Of a DNA stretch of 64,000 nt, positions 1-9,667 are shown piece after piece (the stretch's first letter is position 1; each line of letters begins with the position of its first letter). The stretch lies in contig CBDCOZ010000003.1 of NCBI GenBank assembly GCA_965220085.1, positions 544,001 to 608,000 of the forward strand. The letters are read 5' to 3'. The notes below the pieces were generated by a model. It saw nothing but the letters and a program-made list of their open reading frames with translations. It was not told the origin of the DNA and did not search any database. The DNA comes from Candidatus Oxydemutatoraceae bacterium (GTDB lineage: Bacteria; Pseudomonadota; Gammaproteobacteria; Poriferisulfidales; Oxydemutatoraceae). The position numbers and the translations under genes are program-made.

Positions 1-1334
1 TGATCCGGCAACGACAGATTGCCGACCAAGTACAGAGGCCCGTCGGCAAAAATGATCGCATCACGCTCGCAGTCTTCGTAGACTTTCCCCCAGTCGATCG
101 TCGCATAGGGCGGCAGTATTTCTTTGTCCGGGCGTATGCGAACGATGAGGTCATAGTCTTTGCCGCTTGCCATTGCCAGCCGATACGCTTGCTCCGTTTT
201 GTAATACATCTTTTTCGGATTATTAAACTCGCAAAACGGCGCCGCCGCATCGTCCTCTGCGACCACCGCATCGGTGCGATAGAAGCGTTGTAATTCCGCT
301 TGCGTGACACAGTCGCCTCCGGCGGTGAAAAAATGAAAGAACCCGGGGTAAGTGCGCTCCACATTCTGCGCTCCGTGCTGTCTCAGAGCGTCGGCATACA
401 CATCGCAAAAAGCGTCTGCAAAGAGCCGTTGAAGTTGAATCCGAATCGGTACCCGGGGAATCTTGCGACCAATCCGTTGCCAGACATGGACGAAATAATC
501 CGCATCGTGACTTTCCAGTCCCAAGTTATGCCAACTCGCAAACGCCCGCCGGTAACCGCGCAACTGGCCCGAGATGCAAACCGCGATGCGCAGTTTCCGG
601 TTCGGGCGCACGGCATCGGCGCGGGTCGGGGCTTGTTTGGTCATCGGCAACAACACATGGCGGAGTTTGTCCAGCAGACCGTAGTCAATGCATGCGAGCA
701 CAATCCCCAATTTCTTGCGGCTTGCTTCGGGCAATGTATTCGCTACGGCGGGGTCATCGACCGCCGCGCGCGCATACGCACGAAAGGAGGCTATGGTCTT
801 GGCATGAAACGGATGATCACAGAACAGCCACCCGAGCTTGCCAATTTCCAGTAGCAACAAGCTCTCAACCTGCGCCGCGGTCAGTTCTTCATCAACAAAA
901 CCGAGCGCCAGCCCAAACCAGAATACATTGTCATCGTCCTGCGGCATCTTATTGCAAACCTGTTTTAATTGCGAACGGAAGGAGGCGTATTTATCGGGGC
1001 GCTCATGCCAATTAACCTTGCCGCTAATAGAAAACAGCGCATTGAACAATATGTGGTTACTCGCATCGGACTTCACAAGATTATGGACCAGTGTCCCGAA
1101 CACCGGGTATGACAATACCGGATTGATGGCGTGATTGACAATCGTCGTCGCCGCTTCCCGCGCTTTTTTATGTTTCCGGTTTGCAATCGCTTGTCGTACT
1201 TTCTGAATACGAGTTTGGCCCGCTGTCGGTTGCAAAAGCCATTTGATTTGCCGGATACGCCGCTTCGGTTCGAGTATCCGCCCGGCAAGGTTTGCACAAT
1301 AAACGAGGATGGACTGTATTACTCTTTTCGGCAT
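1..1334 (-). CDS. Putative glycosyltransferase-like protein, paralog of 2297..4120; runs off the window start
   Basis: Hand translation from ATG 1334 (MPKRVIQSILVYC...) is open to position 1. Contains IAVCISGQLRG and YDLIVRIRPD and is colinear with the 2297..4120 protein. Not in the ORF track because there is no stop in the window. Confidence 0.8.
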   Translation of the reverse strand, partial: MPKRVIQSILVYCANLAGRILEPKRRIRQIKWLLQPTAGQTRIQKVRQAIANRKHKKAREAATTIVNHAINPVLSYPVFGTLVHNLVKSDASNHILFNALFSISGKVNWHERPDKYASFRSQLKQVCNKMPQDDDNVFWFGLALGFVDEELTAAQVESLLLLEIGKLGWLFCDHPFHAKTIASFRAYARAAVDDPAVANTLPEASRKKLGIVLACIDYGLLDKLRHVLLPMTKQAPTRADAVRPNRKLRIAVCISGQLRGYRRAFASWHNLGLESHDADYFVHVWQRIGRKIPRVPIRIQLQRLFADAFCDVYADALRQHGAQNVERTYPGFFHFFTAGGDCVTQAELQRFYRTDAVVAEDDAAAPFCEFNNPKKMYYKTEQAYRLAMASGKDYDLIVRIRPDKEILPPYATIDWGKVYEDCERDAIIFADGPLYLVGNLSLPD

Positions 1335-1352
1335 GGAGTCATTATAAACTGC

Positions 1353-2286
1353 TGAATAATGCCGGAAACATTCCGGATTCCCGGCATCAACCAAAGCCGG
1401 CATATAATATCAACACACCAGCTGCGGCATCAAAGGTTTCTATAAAATAGTTGCTTTTGCATGAAAGGGTGCGACTGTGAGTCATACGACCAAAACCGGA
1501 AGTTCTTAGATGATGGGAGAAACACGGCATAAAAGCCAGCATGGACGCTTACCACATCAGCCGCTCGTCACTCTATAAGCGGCAGAAACAACTTCAGGAC
1601 TATGGCATTAACGGCTTAGTCAATCGGAGCGCTTGCCCGCGCCAGCCACGCCGGCGCAACTGGCCTCTGGAGATAATCGCCGAGATTCGGCGACACCGCG
1701 AAAACTATCCCTACGGCGCACCCCATAAACAACCCGCAAACAGTTTGTGGAGCACAAACAGTTTAAGGAACCACAAACAATAATATTGTTTGTGCTCTTA
1801 TATCGTTTGTGGCTCTTATTACTGTGCCTCATTAAATGTTGTTTGCGTACCATGCTCGCATAGCCAGTTTGATGACCGGTTTAACTTCGCTATCGGTCCA
1901 TCATAGTAACGGTCGTTGCCGAGTTCTTTATGAAGTTGGTGATGAAAGTTTTTCCCGCCAAGATAGAGCAAGTGCTCACCGACAACGGCTCCGAGTTCTG
2001 CGGCGCGTTTGATTGTTGCCCGCAACAAGGTATCCGCCACACCTATCCCCAATGCCCGAAGATGAACGCATTCAAGGAATGCTGTAACCGCGCACTTCGG
2101 GAAGAGTTTGTGGAATTTGAAGAGGGTCTGTTGCGAACCGATATTCGGACATTTAATGATTGTCGGATAAAATATCCGCTATGGTTTAACACCCAGCGAC
2201 CACATTACGGACTGGGATTTCAAGCACTTATGGCACAAATTACAAAATATCTGCCCCAAGTGTCCAATATGTACTGGCATCATACA
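1353..2286 (+). mobile_element. Degenerate IS481-family element with repeat insert and internal deletion
   Basis: Imperfect terminal inverted repeats (TGAATAATGCCGGAAACAT ... ATGTACTGGCATCATACA). Transposase fragments RSSLYKRQK..GLVNRS..PR and LTDNGSEF..HTYPQCPKMNA..WFNTQRPH. Homologous to 55756..57082. Confidence 0.85.
1724..1847. repeat. CACAAACA-unit repeat array, locus 1 (inside the IS481 transposase)
   Basis: Three 18-19 bp units with C(A/G)CAAACA, then the palindrome CACAAACAAT-AAT-ATTGTTTGTG and inverted units. Confidence 0.85.
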
Positions 2287-2296
2287 ACGCAGAGCG

Positions 2297-4120
2297 CTAT
2301 CTTTCGGCGGCGAGGTCTTTCTCCACGGCGGCAAGAAATACCGCATCCAACTCATGGCGTTTGCGGTCGTTGATGTCTTGTTGCAGGAGCGCTTTGATTG
2401 CGGAGGTCGGAAGTCGTTCGGGGTCATGCAGAGGCCCCCACCGGACCCCCGCCTTTGATAGCGGTTTGACCCGAAATCCTTCTTCCAGCAACGCATAGGC
2501 GAAGTTTCGATGGGCTCGAAAGCGAGCCGGTTGCAGGAACTCGCTGATTAGGCCTTGCTCCGAGTTGGTTTTGGAAAAGGCGGTTGAATATGCCGCCATC
2601 CCGGGTCCCGTGCCGCAGGCAACTTGGTCTGCCATTGCCAGATTCTCGGTTAGGTATGTGCCTCCGTCGGCAAAGACAATGGCATTGCGCTCACAGTCTT
2701 CGTAGATCTCTCCCCAATCAACGACCGTGTGGGGAGATATTCCTTTGTCCGGACGCATGCGAACGATGAGGTCATAGTCTTTGCCGCTTTCCATTGCGAG
2801 ATTATACGCCTGCTCCACTTTGTAGTACATCTTCCCCGGGTTGTTAAAATCGCGAAACGGGGCGGCCGCATCGTCCTCTACGACTACCGCATCGGTGTGG
2901 TAGAAGCGTTGTAACTCGGCTTGCGTGACATAATCGCCGCCGCCGACAAAATAGTGGGATAACTCCGGATAGATATGCTCCAGCTCTGGCACACCGTAGC
3001 GTCTCAAGGCTTCGGCATAGGCATCGCCGAACGCTTCCGCGAAGATTCGTTGTAGTTGGTCCTTGGAAGGTGTGCGCGGAATCTTGCGACCGATGCGTTT
3101 CCAGACATGGACGAAGTAATCCGCATCGTGGTTTTCCAGGCCGAGGTTGCGCCAACTGGCGAACGTCCGCCGGTAACCGCGCAACTGGCCCGAAACACAA
3201 ACCGCGATGCGGATCTTGCGCTTCGGGCGCGCGGCATCGCTACGGGTCGGCGTTTGTTTGGTCATCGGCAACAGCTTCTGCCGCAACCGGTTCAGTAGCG
3301 CATAGTCAATGACTGTGAGCAAAACGCCCAGCTTCCTGCGGCTTGTTTCGGGCAGGTAATCCGGCACAGGGTTGTCTGTCAGCGCTTGCGCATAGGCGCG
3401 AAAAGAGGCTATGGTCTTGGTGTGAAAGGGATGCTCGCAAAGTAACCACCCCAGCTTGCCGAATTCCAGTTGCAACAATCTCTCAACCTGCGCCGCGGTC
3501 AGTTCTTCATCAACAAAACCGAGCGCCAGCCCAAACCAGAATGTGTTGCTATCGTCTCGCGGCAACTCGCTCCAGACCCGTTGTAACTGTGCGCGGAAGG
3601 GGGCGTATTGATGAGGCTGTTGTTGCCAATTGATGGCGCTGGTAACCGCAAACAGCCTGTCAAACAATATATAGCTTCCCGCATCAGACTTCGCCAGCAC
3701 ATGGACCAACTTTCCAAACATCCGCTCTTGCAATGTCGCAGAGGCGGCATGATTGGCAATCAGCATTGCCGCTGTCGCGCAGGCGCTGTGATTCGATGTT
3801 CCATACTGTTTGAACCAGTGCAGCAACAGTTCTGCCGCGTCATTTTCGCGCCGACAATGCGACAGGGTTTTGGCTCCTTCAACATAGGCTGTCGGTTGCG
3901 CGGGTTTTCTGCGGCGCGCCTCGGCCCAGAGCTTGCGGGCGGCGTCCCAGTCTTGCCGTTCCATCGCTTGGCGCGCTTTGTGAATACGACCTTGGCCTGT
4001 GAGCGGTTGCAGAAGTTGCCGGAGAATATATTTGATTTGCCTGATACGCTTCGGCTTGAGGACTCGGCCGGCGAGATTCACACAATAAGCGAGGATGGGT
4101 TTTATTGCTTTTTTCGGCAT
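2297..4120 (-). CDS. Putative glycosyltransferase-like protein with N-terminal TPR-like helices
   Basis: ORF 2297..4249; start moved to ATG 4120 by homology with the paralog. IAVCVSGQLRG / YDLIVRMRPD motifs are typical of uncharacterised polysaccharide-locus GT-like proteins. Confidence 0.75.
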   Translation of the reverse strand: MPKKAIKPILAYCVNLAGRVLKPKRIRQIKYILRQLLQPLTGQGRIHKARQAMERQDWDAARKLWAEARRRKPAQPTAYVEGAKTLSHCRRENDAAELLLHWFKQYGTSNHSACATAAMLIANHAASATLQERMFGKLVHVLAKSDAGSYILFDRLFAVTSAINWQQQPHQYAPFRAQLQRVWSELPRDDSNTFWFGLALGFVDEELTAAQVERLLQLEFGKLGWLLCEHPFHTKTIASFRAYAQALTDNPVPDYLPETSRRKLGVLLTVIDYALLNRLRQKLLPMTKQTPTRSDAARPKRKIRIAVCVSGQLRGYRRTFASWRNLGLENHDADYFVHVWKRIGRKIPRTPSKDQLQRIFAEAFGDAYAEALRRYGVPELEHIYPELSHYFVGGGDYVTQAELQRFYHTDAVVVEDDAAAPFRDFNNPGKMYYKVEQAYNLAMESGKDYDLIVRMRPDKGISPHTVVDWGEIYEDCERNAIVFADGGTYLTENLAMADQVACGTGPGMAAYSTAFSKTNSEQGLISEFLQPARFRAHRNFAYALLEEGFRVKPLSKAGVRWGPLHDPERLPTSAIKALLQQDINDRKRHELDAVFLAAVEKDLAAER

Positions 4121-4169
4121 GGAGTCATTATAAATTGACTGCGCTGCTTTTTTCAATCGTGCGGAGCGC

Positions 4170-4400
4170 TCTGCCCTCGCGAGAGTCTGCGCGCTTCGCT
4201 CGCCAGAGAGGGGGAGGGTGGCGGCGCACAAGAAGCCCCCCCGCCGCATCGCCCGGCGCCTGCGGTTCGGCCGTTGTGACTCCCCCGCGAGGGGGGAGAG
4301 CAGATTGACTCGCTACAAAAGCGGATGACTACAACCTGTGCCCCCCGCGAGGTGAGAGTAATCGTTCGTGCGATCAGTTGTCACAAGGGGAGTAAGAGTC
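4170..4400. repeat. Cluster of REP-like GC-rich hairpins
   Basis: CTCCCCC-GCGAG-GGGGGAG at 4280-4298, a degenerate copy at about 4340-4360, and further GGGGAG half-sites. Confidence 0.5.
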
Positions 4401-4522
4401 GGCGCGAGCGCTCATCCTCTGCGGCTATCGCATCGGTGTGTGAGCGTCCGCAAGCCGTTTTGCTATAATTGCCCTCAATCTGGTTAATGACATCTTCTTG
4501 CCGGAGAATGTCATACGCATCA

Positions 4523-4896
4523 ATGAACGGAATTCTCTATATATACCTGCTTCTTTTTTCTGCGTTGCTTTCAATAGGTCAGGTTCTGCTCAAAAAAGTA
4601 GCCTTGCTGCTTCCCCCGATTTGGGCTCAATGACCGTTGAGCGCCTCGTGTGGATCAGTGTCGGCAATTTCTGGTTTTGGATTGCGTTCGCACTGTACGG
4701 ACTGGCGGCTTTTTTATGGATTTATATTTTGTCACAGGTTTCTTTGAGCAAGGCGCTGCCTTTTGCTTCTTTGGCATTTGTAATCACTCCGTTGATAAGC
4801 AGGTATGTATTTGGCGAGCAAGTGCATATCGCATACTGGGGAGGCGTGGCTTTAATCATATTAGGAGTGGTCATAACTGTAGCAAAGGCTTATTGA
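4523..4896 (+). pseudogene. EamA/SMR (ArnE/F-like) small transporter/flippase, frameshifted at A6 (4592-4597)
   Basis: ATG 4523 gives MNGILYIYLLLFSALLSIGQVLLKK. The C-terminal part (FWIAFALYGLAAFLWIYILSQVSLSKALPF..FGEQV) is in another frame. One extra A joins them. Confidence 0.65.
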
Positions 4897-4942
4897 GTTG
4901 AATATAATGTTATTAATAAAATACAGGTAGCAGTTAAGCCAA

Positions 4943-6445
4943 ATGGGACGAAAAAGAAAAAAGGCTTCCGCCAAATCCGCCGGCTACAAGGCGCGGCCTT
5001 CGTCACAGGAGGGCGCCGATAAACATCGGCCCGTACTCTCCGGCAAAGTCTCTGCGCGGGATATCCTGCCGTACGCCGGCGCTTTGTTTGGCATGGTATT
5101 CCTGTTCTTTTTTCTGCATTACTTGAGCAATCAAATACCCTATGATTTGGCAAAGCAGAGGTTCGCGAGCGCTTTTGAGGGAAGCAGCCTAACCCTCTCC
5201 GACTATGTTCGATCAGGGGCATATGCTGAGAAACGTTCTGTGTTGCTCCATATGGGCGGCGATCAATTTAGCGAGTGCCAAATGTTGGGGGGCGTGTTGG
5301 TTTCCGCAGCAGGCAGCGCTTGGTTGGATGGCAAAAATACCACTCCGCTCGGCAAAGCCATTTTGCCTTGGGGCAACTACCCGCTCTACCCGCGTGACGG
5401 ATATGGATATTGTTCGGCGCTTCACGCCATGGTAACCGACGCCGACAACAAGCCCACGATAAGAACGTTAAAGTTTCGTTATTGGTGGGGTAACAAAGCA
5501 ATTTATGGGTTGTTATTACGCGGGTTTTCGGTTTTTGATGTCCGCGAAGTGGCGAAGAGCGCCACATACCTCTCTTGGATATTGCTTGCGCTATTTTTAT
5601 TCGCATATAGCCCCAGAGTTTTTGCCGTTATTTCTCCGGTGGTCATTTTTGGCGTCTTATTTTCCGGCGCGCAACTGTTTGCAAATATATCGGATGCCTT
5701 GCCTTTCTTGTGGTGCGTTATTGCGGCCAGCGGATTGACGCTCTTGATGCGGTATTCGCCCTCGCCCCGCGCGCTCGGTCTTTTTTCTTTCATAGCCGGA
5801 TGTGTCTCCTCCTACGTTTGGTGGTATGACGGTCATACGGTGTTCGTTATTTCAATGTTCGCGCTCATCGTGTATTTTGGGTCGCGTATTTGTTTGGGCT
5901 TAAACCAGACCGAGAGTCTGGGGCGCATATGGTCGGCAGTCTGGCGTTATATGGCGGGCGCCGGTTTAAGCATGGCGGCGGGACAGGTCGTCAAAAGTCT
6001 GTATTTTCTTTCGCTCGGACAGGCCGATGGCGCGCGAAAACTTTTCGCCGAGCTCTTCGGCAAGGTTGAATCATTGAAAGACAGGACGTTTGCCAGAGAA
6101 GACTTTTTTGCGCATCCCTATGTGGAAGAGTACAAAGACTTGGCATTTTTTGATAACGCATGGTTGGCGCAAGCGGTTGCTTACTCGACCATAGCGGCAT
6201 TGGTGTTTGCGCTTGCTCTGATATTGAAAAATGTATTTTCAACCCAGCGTTTTACGGCTCTTATCGACATCGCGCCCTTCGTCGTGTCGCTATTCGTTGT
6301 GTATGCGCGGATGTGGCCCGTTCAGGATCAGCCGGACATGTATGCGCGTTATCTGTTCATTCTTTTTGCCTTGGCTTGGTGCGCTTTGGTCGTGGCATTC
6401 TTATATTGGCGCAAAGGCGGGCTTCGCGCCCCGTCTCCGGCATAA
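4943..6445 (+). CDS. Polytopic membrane protein, probable GT-C-type glycosyltransferase
   Basis: 500 aa; one TM, a periplasmic loop with a FRYWWG motif, then many TMs; lies among glycan genes. Confidence 0.55.
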   Translation: MGRKRKKASAKSAGYKARPSSQEGADKHRPVLSGKVSARDILPYAGALFGMVFLFFFLHYLSNQIPYDLAKQRFASAFEGSSLTLSDYVRSGAYAEKRSVLLHMGGDQFSECQMLGGVLVSAAGSAWLDGKNTTPLGKAILPWGNYPLYPRDGYGYCSALHAMVTDADNKPTIRTLKFRYWWGNKAIYGLLLRGFSVFDVREVAKSATYLSWILLALFLFAYSPRVFAVISPVVIFGVLFSGAQLFANISDALPFLWCVIAASGLTLLMRYSPSPRALGLFSFIAGCVSSYVWWYDGHTVFVISMFALIVYFGSRICLGLNQTESLGRIWSAVWRYMAGAGLSMAAGQVVKSLYFLSLGQADGARKLFAELFGKVESLKDRTFAREDFFAHPYVEEYKDLAFFDNAWLAQAVAYSTIAALVFALALILKNVFSTQRFTALIDIAPFVVSLFVVYARMWPVQDQPDMYARYLFILFALAWCALVVAFLYWRKGGLRAPSPA

Positions 6446-6463
6446 GTGTCCGACCGGCGGCGC

Positions 6464-7204
6464 CTATGTGTCGGATTTTTGGCAGACCAGAGTCAGGTAG
6501 TGTGTGGCGAAGCCGTAACGCAATGTCGTCGCAATGCGTCGCATCAGAGGGCCCGGGTTGCGCAGGTAGTAGCGCAGAAGATGCGGACGGATTTCGCTCA
6601 TGCGCGCTTCGTCGCGTTTCAATATTGACAAAGGATTCACAAACTGTGTCTGTTTGTAGCATGCAATCTCGCGCAATTGCCCTTGCCCGGTCAGCATTTT
6701 CCGGAACGAAGACGGCGTAAAGTCGCGCAGGTGGTAGGGATTGATATCCGTGGACAGAGTTGTCGGTACCGAAGCAATCAGCGCCCCGCCCGGCCGCAAT
6801 AGCGTTGTGATGTGGCGGATAAAGCCCGCCGGATCAGGCAGGTGCTCGATGGTTTCCAAGGATACGATGGCGGAAAATTTGTCGCTGTCTTGAAACGTCA
6901 TGGCATCCGCGCACCGAAACGTTATTTTTTCGTGCGCATAGCGTTCGTTAGCGTAAGCGATGGCGTCGGCGCTCAGATCCACGCCGCAGACCCTGCGCGC
7001 GGAGCCCGCTTGCTCGGCTAATAGCCATGTGCCGTAGCCTACGCCGCACGCAATATCCAGAATACGATCGGGCCGCGCGTGCTTGGCGGCAAACCGATAA
7101 CGGTCTATGTGCAGTTGCAACGTGTCGTATCCGGTTGTCTCGTTATTGCGGATGCGATCCGGCACCAGCCGTTCCAAGGTGTTTTCATTCGGAGCATTTG
7201 CCAT
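6464..7204 (-). CDS. Class I SAM-dependent methyltransferase
   Basis: LDIACGVGYG, VDLS and SLETIEHL motifs. Confidence 0.9.
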   Translation of the reverse strand: MANAPNENTLERLVPDRIRNNETTGYDTLQLHIDRYRFAAKHARPDRILDIACGVGYGTWLLAEQAGSARRVCGVDLSADAIAYANERYAHEKITFRCADAMTFQDSDKFSAIVSLETIEHLPDPAGFIRHITTLLRPGGALIASVPTTLSTDINPYHLRDFTPSSFRKMLTGQGQLREIACYKQTQFVNPLSILKRDEARMSEIRPHLLRYYLRNPGPLMRRIATTLRYGFATHYLTLVCQKSDT

Positions 7205-7262
7205 CTATTTAGGATACTATGATGATTGCGGATATTGATAATGTAATATTATTCCGCTCATT

Positions 7263-8423
7263 ATGCAAGACGAACAACAAAATATCGAGTTAAGCATCGT
7301 TATACTTTGCCGCAATGAGGAACGCACCATTGCGAGTTGCGTTCAAAGCGCCGGAGCTTGGGCCGGCGGGCGCAAGATCAAAACTGAGATTCTGGTAATT
7401 GATAACGCAAGCGACGACCGTTCCGCGCCAAGGGCAAAAGAAGCGGGCGCGGATGTGTTGCGCGTTGAGACGGTCGGCTACGGGGCCGCATTGCGGGAGG
7501 GGGTAGCCGCCGCCAAGGGCAAGTTCGTCATTATTGCCGATGGCGACGGACAGCACGATGTCGGTTCTCTCGATGGGTTCATCGATAAGTTGCGGGAAGG
7601 TTATGACTTGGCGGTCGGCAACCGATACTTCGGGAAAACGACAGACGGATGTCGCGGCTTGCCTCGCCGCTTGGGTAATTTTTTGATATCGCGCATTGGC
7701 AAGCTGTTTTTCAAGGTATCCATCGGAGATTTCAATTGCGGATTGCGCGGGATGCGAGCGGAGCGCATACGCGCATTGGGTTTGGAGTGTCGCGGCATGG
7801 AAGCGGCCTCCGAAGTAATCGCCAAAGCGGCTTTGGCCGGCTTGCGGATAACAGAAGTGCCTACCACTGTGTTTCCAAGACATCAACTGTCTCAATCCCA
7901 TTTGAAAGTGTGGCGCGACGGGTGGCGTCATTTCCGCATTCTCTTATGCTTCTCTCCAAATTATATGTTTTTATATCCCGGCATATTTTTCACGGCGCTC
8001 GGGGTTTTGGGAGTGTCGGCATTGTTCTTCGGCAGCGTCGTTATCGGCGATGTGAAGTTCAATCTGCATACGATGTTAATCAGCGCGGCGGCGGTTATCT
8101 GCGGCTTGCAGTTGCTGATTTTTTTCGCGCTGGTGCGAACCTTTCAAGAAAGCATTCATATCATGTCCGAGTCTTGGCTGACGCAGGGTTTGCGGCAAAG
8201 AACATTCGGCGATATGAGCCTCATTTTGGCATTGATACTCCTGGCCATAGGGACAGCGGGGATGGTCGAGTTTCTTTTGATTTGGGCCGAAGCCGGTTAT
8301 GACAATTTGGATCCGTCCCGCCACATGAGAATCTTGATATTTGCGCTGACATTCTTTATATCCGGTTTGCAGTTGTTGTCTTCAAGTTTCGTATATTACC
8401 TTCTGAATATAAAAAGAATTTAA
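7263..8423 (+). CDS. GT2 polyprenyl-phosphate glycosyltransferase (DPM1-like) with C-terminal TMs
   Basis: NEE, DNASDD, DGDGQHD, DFNCGLRG and WRDGWRH motifs; 4 C-terminal TMs. Confidence 0.9.
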   Translation: MQDEQQNIELSIVILCRNEERTIASCVQSAGAWAGGRKIKTEILVIDNASDDRSAPRAKEAGADVLRVETVGYGAALREGVAAAKGKFVIIADGDGQHDVGSLDGFIDKLREGYDLAVGNRYFGKTTDGCRGLPRRLGNFLISRIGKLFFKVSIGDFNCGLRGMRAERIRALGLECRGMEAASEVIAKAALAGLRITEVPTTVFPRHQLSQSHLKVWRDGWRHFRILLCFSPNYMFLYPGIFFTALGVLGVSALFFGSVVIGDVKFNLHTMLISAAAVICGLQLLIFFALVRTFQESIHIMSESWLTQGLRQRTFGDMSLILALILLAIGTAGMVEFLLIWAEAGYDNLDPSRHMRILIFALTFFISGLQLLSSSFVYYLLNIKRI

Positions 8424-8589
8424 GGGAACGGAAGCGTAACAGATAGTGCGGCTCGGGGTCATGTCCGGCCCATGTCGGGAGGCCTGTGGATATAACGCCC
8501 GATGGGGGAATAAACAGGAACATTCTCTATATGGCGCATAATGCGACATAACCGATTTGAATTGCCTTAAAAAGCGAGGCGTCACACAA

Positions 8590-8844
8590 ATGCAAGATAT
8601 TCTCATTGAACAACTTAATGGAATGAGGGAAACCTTGTCCAAAAACATTGAATCAATTAAATCTCTTATAGGCGCATCAAAATCACTTGGCGAGTTAATC
8701 AGCGAGCTTTCTAAAGAAGATGATGGCGACACTATTAAGACATTGGAATCCACACGAAAAGAAATCGATGAGTCAATTGATAACTTAATTCAACAAACCG
8801 ATGAACTGTTTGATGCCTACGCAAAGCTGGTAGAAAATATATAA
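8590..8844 (+). CDS. Small helical hypothetical protein (low GC)
   Basis: ORF 8557..8844; ATG 8590 with GAGG about 10 nt upstream; AT-rich. Confidence 0.55.
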   Translation: MQDILIEQLNGMRETLSKNIESIKSLIGASKSLGELISELSKEDDGDTIKTLESTRKEIDESIDNLIQQTDELFDAYAKLVENI

Positions 8845-8891
8845 ATTAGCGCATCATATGTGGCAAGTTTGGCACGGGAAACAAAAAGAAT

Positions 8892-9179
8892 ATGCCGGAA
8901 GAGCAACGTAATAATCGGGTATCTGATTTAGAGAGAAAAGAAAAGACACTGCCTGATACGGCGGGCAAAAGGCGTCACCTTATAACTGAGAAGCGTCTCA
9001 GTCTTGCCGGCTGGACATTAGCGGGTTGCGGAGTACTGATGGCGGGTGCATTGGGTTTGTCTGTTTGGTCGCCTTGGCGAGCGGAAGTTAATATATATGC
9101 GACTTTTATTTATAGTTTATTTGGCATTGTCACTTTGGCATTGGGTTTTATAGCCGGTTCGGGAATAGACAGAGATTAA
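8892..9179 (+). CDS. Small two-TM hypothetical protein (low GC)
   Basis: 95 aa ORF with two hydrophobic segments. Confidence 0.55.
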   Translation: MPEEQRNNRVSDLERKEKTLPDTAGKRRHLITEKRLSLAGWTLAGCGVLMAGALGLSVWSPWRAEVNIYATFIYSLFGIVTLALGFIAGSGIDRD

Positions 9180-9589
9180 GAAGCCGACCTCTTATAAGAA
9201 CCTCTTGCCAACGGCTTTGCCACATAGGCATCCGTCCGATTTGGAGAGCGCTCTTTCACATTCCCCTCATTCAAGCGGAAAGCGAACTCATCAACTTCCG
9301 CAACGGTGTCTTGGATCGTTCCGTAATCGTGCCGATGCGGACGATAAACTCGGCATCACACCCTTTGCGCCGGCGAACCGATCCGCTTGCCCTTGCGGGC
9401 GCTCAACCCCGTTGCCCCGGCGTTTCTTTCCAAGATGCGGTCGCGCGGAATCCTCTGCTGGGAATTTCCGCATGAATTGGAAGGCGGATATTGCATATTT
9501 GCGCATGGGTTTTCTCCTTGCGGGGTGTTTTGATTCCCAGCGCTTTTATTTTCCTCGCCTTATGCGGGCGGAGCCAAGCATATAAGCCC
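9176..9589 (-). mobile_element. Internally deleted IS1595-family transposase remnant
   Basis: N-terminus MRKYAISAFQFMRKFPAEDSAR..KKRRGNGV (ATG 9506, AAGGAG RBS). C-terminal VDEFAFRLNEGNVK at about 9255-9296. End-like sequence GGAGCCAAGCATATAAGCCC near 9570-9589. Confidence 0.7.
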
Positions 9590-9667
9590 GGTATTGCTTG
9601 TAATAGCCTGCCGAAGCGGAATAGTAGTTATAATAGTTATCCGCTTCACACACGGACGCAGACAGCG

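Noticed and set aside
1348-2291. Target-site duplication around the first IS481 copy
   Set aside because: Flanks ACTGC and ACGCA do not match.
8455-8500. Far end of the IS1595 element
   Set aside because: The best end-like sequence (GGATATAACGCCC) is in the same orientation as the 9589 end, so it cannot be the inverted partner.
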